In this document: in pieces, positions 48,656-57,600 of the stretch
Layout of the letters: every line of letters begins with the position of its first letter
How positions within the stretch are numbered: the first letter of the stretch is position 1
Virus record (IMG/VR): IMGVR_UViG_3300032334_001918
Span: 1 to 58,747 of that record
DNA from: a virus
Taxonomy: Duplodnaviria > Caudoviricetes
Direction: 5' to 3' (one strand)
Length of the DNA: 58,747 nt
Notes under the pieces: model-generated
Databases searched by the model: none
Told to the model about the DNA's origin: nothing
What the model saw: the letters and a program-made list of their open reading frames with translations, nothing else
Translations under genes and position numbers: made by a program

Positions 48656-48891
48656 AAGTAACACTTTCTAATAACAGCAAGTTAAAAATTGCTGTTGCTA
48701 ATAAAAACGAAATTGGACAGGTTAATTTCTCTAAGGCTGCGAGAACAGTAACGCGCCTAATCGACCTAGTTGATGTAGATGTGACTGGACAGTTAGATGG
48801 ATATGTTTTGGCTTATAATGCAGCCACTAACACATATATTTTCAGAGAAGCTGCTCAAACAGCAACTGCAGTTGATGGTGGGTTCTACTAA
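48652..48891 (+). CDS. Small fibre-associated protein
   Basis: L.DL.DVD...DGYVLAYNA and VDGGFY motifs. Confidence 0.65.
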   Translation: MKVTLSNNSKLKIAVANKNEIGQVNFSKAARTVTRLIDLVDVDVTGQLDGYVLAYNAATNTYIFREAAQTATAVDGGFY

Positions 48892-51800
48892 TGACAACCC
48901 AAAATTCTTCAATTCTTTTAAAACGTAGTGGTATTCCAGGACATATTCCACTGTCTGCTAATTTAGCATACGGTGAATTAGCTCTAAATTATGCAGATAG
49001 CGTTCTGTATTCTAAAGACTCATCAAATTTAGTTCAGCCTCTAACGATCCCTCCTGCGGAAAAAGAAATCTATGTCGAGCTCCACGGCAATGATGAATGG
49101 GATGGTCTAACTCAATCTCGCCCAAAAAGAACACTCAAGGCAGCACTAAATGCGTGTGAGCCATATGGTTGTGTTAAACTCGGTGCTGGCATTTTCTATG
49201 AGGATAACCCGATGGTTATGCCTCAATTCTCCACAATCTACGGCAGTGGAACAAGAGGAACATCTATTATTCCTCTTAATAAGACTAAGAATATTCTTTA
49301 CGTCACAAATTCTTGCTATTGTACTGGATTTGCTTTTAGAGATCACATTGATCCGGCAATCGCTGTCTCATATCCAGATGAAATGGAAAGAGGAACAGCT
49401 CAGGGTGGCACATCAAATACAATAACACTTTCTACTGATAGCGTCGGTGGCGTTGGTCTTGAAGATTACTATCGCACTATGCAGATTACAATTACTGCAG
49501 GAACTGGCGTAGGTCAGGTTAGAAATGTTGTGACACATAATGTCACAACTAAGGTTGTTACAGTTGATTCTAATTGGACAACAATCCCAAATTCAACTTC
49601 TGAATATTTGGTTAATCTTGCAGTAGATTATACATACCAGCCACCAACAAAAAGATATAACACATATGTAACTCACAGCCCATATTTGTATAACCTATTA
49701 TCAGTTACCACAACTGGAACAGGTATGGTTGTTGACGGATATCTATCCGCTGGTCTAAAATCTTTTGTGGTTGCACAATTCACACAATATAATCAGGGTG
49801 GTAATGGATTTGTTGTTAAAAATCTTGGTTATGCGCAGCTAGTTTCTATTTACGGTATTTGCTGCAATGAGGCATTCCGCGCCGAGAATGGCGGAACTGC
49901 CTCAATGGGTAACTGCAACATTAACTTTGGTAATCGTGGTATTGTTGCTGTTGGTGTAAGTCCACCGATGCTTACTGCGAATCTTGCTCCAGCATTCACC
50001 TATAATAAAACTAAGTGTGAGCGTGATACTGGACTTATTGTTGATGCTCTTGCTCAAGATTTGCTTTTTAGTGGCAACACCCAATCAACGTTCGCTGCAA
50101 TTCAATACTGGAATCAAAGTTCTTATGTTGGTCAGGTTGGTACTCAGCTACCTTTAACAATAAACACAATTTCATATGTTCAAAACCTCGCATCAAAGGT
50201 TGTTGTCAATAATACAACAGGAACAAGATACCAATCAGCTGTGGCTCAAATTACAGGAAATACTGCTTCTAATGTAGAAGCTAATACTGTATACTCTGAC
50301 TTTCAAGTAGTACTTGATATATTAGCTAATGGAACAACTTCAATAACTGATACTATTATTCCTAACAGTATTACTGCTAACACTAGCGCAAACGTCGCAA
50401 ATGCATACTTATTGTTACAAACTAATAAAGCATATATTCAGGCTGAGGCAATTGCATTCGCGAATGCAGCTAAACCAGTAGGTTGGCCAACAGGATATTA
50501 TTTTGACCAAACTACTTGCGCTAGAGATGCCAAATTAGTTGTTGATGCTATTGCTCAAGACTTCCTGTATGATACAACAAGTCAATCAACATTTGCTGGT
50601 CTTCAATATTGGGCGCAAAATACCTATACTGGCAACATAAAAAATGAATTTGTATACACACTTAATGCTATTAAGTATGCAAGTAATCTTGCTCAAAAAA
50701 TTGTTACTAACAATACATCAGGACCAAGATATCAAGCTCTAGTTACACAAAATACAAGCTTGCCTGCAGCAACCTCAACTCAAGCATCTGCAGTTTCAGC
50801 TGATTTTAAAATTATAACAGATATTTTAGAAAATGGAACTACTGGTGTAACGGATATTATTATCCCAAATAGTTTAATTGCAAATACTGCTAAACCAGTA
50901 CAAAATGCATACGCTTTATTGCAAGCCAATAAGAGTTATATTGCTGCTGAGGCTGTAGCTTATGCTAATGTTGTGACATTTGATACAGCAAAGTGCACTA
51001 GAGATACTGGATTAATAATCGATGCAATTGCTCAAGACTTATTGTTCGAGGGTTCAACACAATCAACCTTTGCAGGTTTACAATATTGGTCTCAAAGCGG
51101 CAAGATTATTCAACCATATGAGGTTGCAAATACTGTTCTTGCGATAGATTATGCAAGAACTATATCGCTAGAATATACCTCAAATAATCCTAAAGTTAAT
51201 ACTGAGTTTAGTTTAATTAGAAATATCTTAAGTGGTGTTCAAGATCCAACAACCGTAACTGATATCATTGTACCAAATACCTTGACTGCTGCTACTTCTG
51301 GATCTGACTATAATGCTGCTGTTGCTCTACAGACATATAAGACAACAATTCAATCCTTGGTGCAAACATATACTGCTGAGAACTTTGTAGACTTAACTCC
51401 ATCGCAATTAGATAAATGCTATCGCGATGTTGGCTTTATGGTCGACAGTGTGACCTTTGACTTGCTTTATGGTGGCAATCGTCAAGCAGTACAAAGCGGT
51501 ATTTACTATTATGGGTTCTCAAGTTCAGATAAAACTGTAAATCCAAACGAGGTTCCGCAAACAGTTGCTGCATATGATTATATTAAGTATTTGATTCCAT
51601 ATATTACAACAAATACAGCTGTTCCTAAAGTTTGGAATACTCTTGGTGAGACTCAAGTATTTTCTGCCAATTTTGCAACTTCTGTTGAATCTAATTTAGC
51701 CAGAAGTAAAGTTGATATTATTACAGGTATTATCAATAATGGACCAGGTGTGGCTGAGGCTCCTTCTGCTATTAGTTTAACTAGAAGCATAAACACAGAA

Positions 51801-54335
51801 CAAGTGAATGCTGCAAATTTAATTGGCTTGAATAGAACATTTATCGCTAAGGAAGTTCTTGCATATATTACTCAATTTACCTTTGACAAGGCAAAGTGTG
51901 CCAGAGATGTTGGATATATCATAGACAGTATTTCCTTTGACTTATTGCATGGTGGTAATCGTCAAGCAGTGCAAAGTGGAGTTTACTACTATTCATTCTC
52001 TGATACAAACCAAACAGTTGCTGCAGCAGAAATTCCTGCCGTTAATAATGCATATGCTTATATCAGAACACTAATTCCATATATCATTACAAATACTGCT
52101 GTTCCTCAAGTTTGGAATACTAAAGGATTAACGCAACAGTTCTCTTCAAATGTCAGTATTAGTGCATATGCTCCATTGATCCAAAGTAAAGTAAATGTTA
52201 TTACAAGTATTATCAATACTGGACCAAGTGCAGCTGCCGCTCCATCTCCAATTCCTCTAACTGCAAATTCAACTCTAGCTGTTGCAAATGCTGCTGCTCT
52301 ACTTGAACTCAATAGAGATTTCATTGCTAATGAGGTTGCGGAATATGCTAAGGGAACCTATAACAATAATAAGTGTAAACGCGACCTTGGATTAATTGTT
52401 GATGCTCTTGCATTCGACTTAAAGTTCCCGAGCGCCAATGGTAACAGCCAGTCTAATTTTGCTGGATTACAATACTGGGCTCAATCTGGTTTAGCAATTC
52501 CTTCTGGGGAGCTAACTGCAACATTAGGTGCAATGGCTAACTTGAAGTATCAGATGCAAACAGTTGTCTCAACAACTCCGGAAGATAACTTTGTTGGTTC
52601 TGAGATTGATATTATTATTAATCTATTGAACGGCACAACTGCAGCAAATTCTGTAACGAACTTAATTGTTCCCAATGCAACTACTGCAACTTCTAATGCT
52701 AATGCACTTGCTGCATATACTGCTCTGCAGTCAGCTAGATCTACAATTCAAACAACTGTATTAAACTATGTGACTACGACATATCCTGGATTGTTAGATG
52801 CAGGTCAACAAACTAAGTGTAGTCGCGATGTCGGCTATATTATCGATAGTGTTTGCTTTGACTTGAAGTATAATGTCGACAACACTTACGCTGCTCCGTC
52901 GAATAGACAGGCAATTCAAAGCGGTATTTACTATCTCGGATTTAGCAATACAACAGTAATTCCTAACGAATTTGTTATGACTACTGCTGCATACAATCAA
53001 CTCAAGCAACTAATTCCATATGTTGTAACTGATACTGCTGTTCCTGCCAATAACAGATATCAATCAACATATACTCAAAATGTTTCTTTGGGTGCTGCAA
53101 CAACAAGCGAATCTACAAGAATACAAAATAATATCGATACCATTCTAACTATTATTTCAACTGGTCCTAATGCTTCTGCTAATGCAAATGCAGCCCCGAT
53201 CAGCCTAACTGCAAATAGTGATTCTAGAGTTTCTAACGCATTCGCTCTTCTATATGCTAATAAAGATTTCTTAAAAGAAGAAGTTATTGGATATATTAAC
53301 AGCTTCTTCTATGATCCATCTAAGTGCGCAAGAGACGTTGGTTATATGGTCGATAGCGTTAGCTTCGACTTGAAATATGGTGGTAATCGTCAGGCAATCC
53401 AAAGTGGCGTATATTACTATGGATACAGCAGCAATACTACAATTGTTGGGGAAATTCCTCAAACAACTGCTGCATATAATTACCTGAAGAAAGTCACTTC
53501 AATGGTTTCTCAAGGAAAGACAATTGATCTGCCATTCCAAACTGAGGTTGATCAGATAATTTCAACATCTATTGGAACACCAGAAGAAGCTGCATCAGTA
53601 AATACCAATATTTCTCTAATCACAAATATTATCAATAATGGTCCTTCGGTAGCTCCAGAACCAAGCCCAATAAGCTTAATTCGTAGCACTGATCCATTCG
53701 TAAATAATGCTGCTACTCTATTGTCTACAAACAGAGACTTCATTAAGAAAGAAATTGTCGCATATGCTGATGCTTTCTTCCCAACTCAAACTGGCTACAC
53801 TATAGCAGTTAAGGATGTTGTCGCAAATACAGACCCAAGAACAGCTCTTTCATCTACCACAAAACCATATGTTGGGCTTGCGCTAAATATAACAGGTGAT
53901 GTCTTTACAGCTGATGGAACAACTTCAAATACATATCGATCTGTCTTAGCAACAAGAACAGATGATGATTTAGGAATAACTACTGTAGATTTCCAAGAAA
54001 ATCTAGTTGACGCTTTTGTGGCAAATACAACAGTTACTTTCTATCAAAGAAGTTCTCTTTCAGCTAGTGGACAAACCTTTGAATATGTTGGAGCAGGAAC
54101 TAATGTACTGACTGCATTACCTCGCTTCGGTTTCGGTTTAATTAAGAAAGAAAATCAAGTCGTAACCTCTGGTGGTGGAGTTGTGTATTATACTGCGACA
54201 GACCAATTCGGTAACTTCCAAATTGGTGCTGACCTAACTATTAACTTTAACACAGGTACATTGTCGGGAAGAACGTTTACGAGAAGCTTATTTGCTCAAA
54301 TTACGCCGTTCATTCTCGCTCTAACAAATGACTAA
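48891..54335 (+). CDS. Large putative virion fibre/appendage protein: beta-helix-like scaffold with eight ~160-aa phycobiliprotein-like (CxRD) repeats
   Basis: N-terminal LKRS...L.YGELALNY.D; IYV...GND..DG...PKRTLKAA and FTQYNQGG beta-helix motifs; Cys codons at 50016, 50517, 50994, 51417, 51897, 52374, 52818 and 53325. Confidence 0.75.
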   Translation: MTTQNSSILLKRSGIPGHIPLSANLAYGELALNYADSVLYSKDSSNLVQPLTIPPAEKEIYVELHGNDEWDGLTQSRPKRTLKAALNACEPYGCVKLGAGIFYEDNPMVMPQFSTIYGSGTRGTSIIPLNKTKNILYVTNSCYCTGFAFRDHIDPAIAVSYPDEMERGTAQGGTSNTITLSTDSVGGVGLEDYYRTMQITITAGTGVGQVRNVVTHNVTTKVVTVDSNWTTIPNSTSEYLVNLAVDYTYQPPTKRYNTYVTHSPYLYNLLSVTTTGTGMVVDGYLSAGLKSFVVAQFTQYNQGGNGFVVKNLGYAQLVSIYGICCNEAFRAENGGTASMGNCNINFGNRGIVAVGVSPPMLTANLAPAFTYNKTKCERDTGLIVDALAQDLLFSGNTQSTFAAIQYWNQSSYVGQVGTQLPLTINTISYVQNLASKVVVNNTTGTRYQSAVAQITGNTASNVEANTVYSDFQVVLDILANGTTSITDTIIPNSITANTSANVANAYLLLQTNKAYIQAEAIAFANAAKPVGWPTGYYFDQTTCARDAKLVVDAIAQDFLYDTTSQSTFAGLQYWAQNTYTGNIKNEFVYTLNAIKYASNLAQKIVTNNTSGPRYQALVTQNTSLPAATSTQASAVSADFKIITDILENGTTGVTDIIIPNSLIANTAKPVQNAYALLQANKSYIAAEAVAYANVVTFDTAKCTRDTGLIIDAIAQDLLFEGSTQSTFAGLQYWSQSGKIIQPYEVANTVLAIDYARTISLEYTSNNPKVNTEFSLIRNILSGVQDPTTVTDIIVPNTLTAATSGSDYNAAVALQTYKTTIQSLVQTYTAENFVDLTPSQLDKCYRDVGFMVDSVTFDLLYGGNRQAVQSGIYYYGFSSSDKTVNPNEVPQTVAAYDYIKYLIPYITTNTAVPKVWNTLGETQVFSANFATSVESNLARSKVDIITGIINNGPGVAEAPSAISLTRSINTEQVNAANLIGLNRTFIAKEVLAYITQFTFDKAKCARDVGYIIDSISFDLLHGGNRQAVQSGVYYYSFSDTNQTVAAAEIPAVNNAYAYIRTLIPYIITNTAVPQVWNTKGLTQQFSSNVSISAYAPLIQSKVNVITSIINTGPSAAAAPSPIPLTANSTLAVANAAALLELNRDFIANEVAEYAKGTYNNNKCKRDLGLIVDALAFDLKFPSANGNSQSNFAGLQYWAQSGLAIPSGELTATLGAMANLKYQMQTVVSTTPEDNFVGSEIDIIINLLNGTTAANSVTNLIVPNATTATSNANALAAYTALQSARSTIQTTVLNYVTTTYPGLLDAGQQTKCSRDVGYIIDSVCFDLKYNVDNTYAAPSNRQAIQSGIYYLGFSNTTVIPNEFVMTTAAYNQLKQLIPYVVTDTAVPANNRYQSTYTQNVSLGAATTSESTRIQNNIDTILTIISTGPNASANANAAPISLTANSDSRVSNAFALLYANKDFLKEEVIGYINSFFYDPSKCARDVGYMVDSVSFDLKYGGNRQAIQSGVYYYGYSSNTTIVGEIPQTTAAYNYLKKVTSMVSQGKTIDLPFQTEVDQIISTSIGTPEEAASVNTNISLITNIINNGPSVAPEPSPISLIRSTDPFVNNAATLLSTNRDFIKKEIVAYADAFFPTQTGYTIAVKDVVANTDPRTALSSTTKPYVGLALNITGDVFTADGTTSNTYRSVLATRTDDDLGITTVDFQENLVDAFVANTTVTFYQRSSLSASGQTFEYVGAGTNVLTALPRFGFGLIKKENQVVTSGGGVVYYTATDQFGNFQIGADLTINFNTGTLSGRTFTRSLFAQITPFILALTND

Positions 54336-54350
54336 TAAGGTAATTCTGCT

Positions 54351-54689
54351 ATGGCAAATTTAGTCCCATTAAATACGTTTAAAACGCTAACAGCTATTGT
54401 AACCACGACACCGCAAGCAGTATACACAACTCCAGCTGGAGTTTCAACTGTTGTTCTATTAGCTCAATTTGTTAATATTAGCTCTAATACTGGCAATGTT
54501 ACCATGTATCAATCAAGAAGTGGTACTGATATTGAGATTGCAAAAGAATTTCCTATCCCTGCAAATGATGCAGGATCTCTATTAACTGGTCGTTTAATTT
54601 TAGAAGCTGCAGATTCATTAAAGGTTAAATCTGGAACCAATGATACTTTTAAGTTTGTGTTTTCTTATCTAGAGACTGCAAATGCTTAA
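54351..54689 (+). CDS. Conserved small virion protein
   Basis: LNTFKT...VYTTP.G...VLLAQ...GRLILE..D.L....SYLETAN. Confidence 0.7.
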   Translation: MANLVPLNTFKTLTAIVTTTPQAVYTTPAGVSTVVLLAQFVNISSNTGNVTMYQSRSGTDIEIAKEFPIPANDAGSLLTGRLILEAADSLKVKSGTNDTFKFVFSYLETANA

Positions 54690-57600
54690 ACTGATTAGTG
54701 GCAAAGTTAAGGTTTTAACTCCTACGGAGGTTGCAAATTCTAGATACGAATTTTTAGATTTACAATCTGCTGAGCCTAATCTTGGTGTTGCGATTCAAGA
54801 TGGATTTTATCTAGTCTATGATAGCACCGCACCTGGAGGAAGAAGATGGAATGATGGTGGATTGGGTGCGCAAGGCGCACAAGGTTTTCAAGGTGCACAA
54901 GGTTTCCAAGGCGCTCAAGGTTTCCAGGGATCTCAAGGCTTTCAAGGCGCACAAGGTTTCCAAGGCGCTCAAGGTCTTCAGGGTGCTCAAGGATTCCAGG
55001 GATCTCAAGGCTTTCAAGGAGCTCAGGGTTTTCAGGGAAATCAAGGCTTCCAAGGTACACAAGGCAATCAGGGTTTCCAAGGCGCACAAGGTTTTCAAGG
55101 CGCTCAAGGTCTTCAGGGCGCACAAGGCTTTCAAGGAACTCAGGGCAATCAAGGTTTCCAAGGTGCTCAAGGATTCCAGGGAACTCAAGGCAACCAAGGT
55201 TTTCAAGGTGCTCAAGGTCTTCAGGGTGCTCAGGGATTCCAAGGCAATCAAGGATTTCAGGGAAATCAAGGTAGCCAAGGTTTCCAAGGTGCTCAAGGAT
55301 TCATAGGCGCACAAGGTTTCCAAGGCACTCAAGGTAATCAAGGTTTCCAAGGTGCACAAGGATTCCAGGGATCTCAGGGTCTTCAAGGTGCTCAGGGTTT
55401 TCAGGGTAATCAAGGTAGTCAAGGATTCCAAGGTGCACAAGGATTCCAGGGATCTCAGGGTCTTCAAGGTGCTCAGGGTTTTCAGGGCAACCAAGGAAAT
55501 CAAGGATTCCAGGGATCTCAGGGTCTTCAGGGTGCACAAGGCTTCCAAGGTACTCAAGGTTTCCAAGGCGCTCAAGGTCTTCAAGGTGCTCAGGGATTCC
55601 AGGGATCTCAGGGTTTCCAAGGTAATCAGGGTTTCCAAGGAGCTCAAGGTTTTCAAGGCGCTCAAGGTCTTCAAGGTGCTCAGGGATTCCAAGGCACTCA
55701 AGGATTTCAGGGCAACCAAGGAAATCAAGGTTTCCAAGGCGCGCAGGGTTTCCAGGGAACTCAAGGATTCCAGGGAACTCAAGGCTTTCAAGGCAATCAA
55801 GGCAATCAGGGTTTCCAAGGAGCTCAAGGTCTTCAGGGCGCTCAGGGATTCCAGGGTGCGCAGGGTCGTCAGGGTGCTGATGGTCTTCAAGGTGCTCAGG
55901 GATTCCAGGGATCTCAGGGTTTCCAAGGTAATCAGGGCTTCCAAGGAACACAAGGTTTTCAAGGCGCTCAAGGTCTTCAGGGTGCGCAGGGATTCCAAGG
56001 CACTCAAGGATTTCAGGGATCTCAGGGGTTCCAGGGCAATCAGGGGTTCCAAGGTAATCAGGGCTTCCAAGGCACACAAGGTTTCCAAGGATCTCAAGGT
56101 CTTCAGGGTGCGCAGGGATTCCAAGGCACTCAAGGATTTCAGGGATCTCAGGGTTTCCAGGGTGCACAAGGATTCCAGGGATCTCAAGGTCTTCAGGGCA
56201 CACAAGGATTCCAAGGAACACAAGGATTCCAAGGAACACAAGGCTTTCAAGGTGCTCAAGGTCTTCAGGGTGCACAAGGTTTCCAAGGCACACAAGGATT
56301 TCAGGGCAACCAAGGCAACCAAGGTTTTCAAGGATCTCAGGGTCTTCAGGGTGCACAAGGCTTCCAGGGAACTCAAGGTTTTCAAGGATCTCAGGGTCTT
56401 CAGGGTGCACAAGGCTTCCAGGGAACTCAAGGCTTCCAAGGTGCACAAGGATTTCAAGGCACTCAGGGCAATATAGGAAATCAAGGAAATCAGGGCTTCC
56501 AGGGATCTCAGGGTCTTCAGGGTGCACAAGGTTTCCAAGGTAATCAAGGTTTCCAAGGCGCACAAGGTTTCCAAGGATCTCAAGGTCTTCAGGGCGCTCA
56601 AGGATTCCAAGGCGCTCAGGGTAATATTGGCAACCAAGGAAACCAAGGCTTTCAGGGCGCACAAGGTTTCCAAGGCGCTCAAGGATTACAGGGAACTCAA
56701 GGTAATATTGGCAACCAAGGCAATCAGGGTTTCCAAGGCACTCAAGGATTCCAGGGAACTCAAGGATTCCAAGGATCTCAAGGTTTTCAGGGCACTCAAG
56801 GATTTCAAGGTGCTCAAGGATTGCAGGGAACTCAAGGTAATATTGGTAACCAAGGCAATCAAGGTTTTCAAGGAACACCAGGTGCAGGAGGAACTCCAGC
56901 ATCTCCTGGATCTCCTGGAGCGCAGGGTGCGCAAGGTTTCCAAGGCGCGCAAGGATTGCAGGGAACTCAAGGTAATATCGGTAATCAAGGTAATCAGGGT
57001 TTCCAAGGTGCTCAGGGTTTCCAAGGCGCTCAGGGTTTCCAAGGCACTCAGGGTAATATCGGTAATCAAGGTAATCAAGGATTCCAAGGTGCTCAAGGAT
57101 TCCAAGGCAATCAGGGATTCCAAGGAACACAAGGTAATATCGGTAATCAAGGTAATCAGGGTTTCCAAGGTGCTCAAGGATTTCAAGGCAATCAGGGATT
57201 CCAAGGAACTCAAGGCTTTCAAGGTTCACAAGGATTCCAGGGATCTCAGGGTCTTCAGGGTGCACAAGGATTCCAAGGTACACAAGGAAATGTTGGCAAC
57301 CAAGGTAATCAAGGTTTTCAAGGCGCACAAGGCTTCCAAGGTACACAAGGAAATGTTGGCAACCAAGGTAATCAAGGTTTTCAAGGCGCACAAGGCTTCC
57401 AAGGATCTCAAGGTCTTCAGGGCGCTCAAGGATTTCAAGGAACACAAGGTAATATTGGCAACCAAGGTAATCAAGGTTTCCAAGGTGCACAGGGTTTGCA
57501 AGGTGCACAAGGTTTCCAAGGTGCGCAAGGATTCCAAGGCACACAAGGCAACATAGGAAACCAAGGCAATCAGGGTTTCCAAGGCGCACAAGGCTTCCAG

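Noticed and set aside
188-53743. Numerous 60-165 aa antisense or overlapping ORFs in the track
   Set aside because: They overlap well-supported genes and show no recognisable motifs.
55303-55306. Apparent TAG inside the collagen (possible readthrough or recoding)
   Set aside because: It is out of frame; the coding frame reads GGA TTC ATA (G-F-I).
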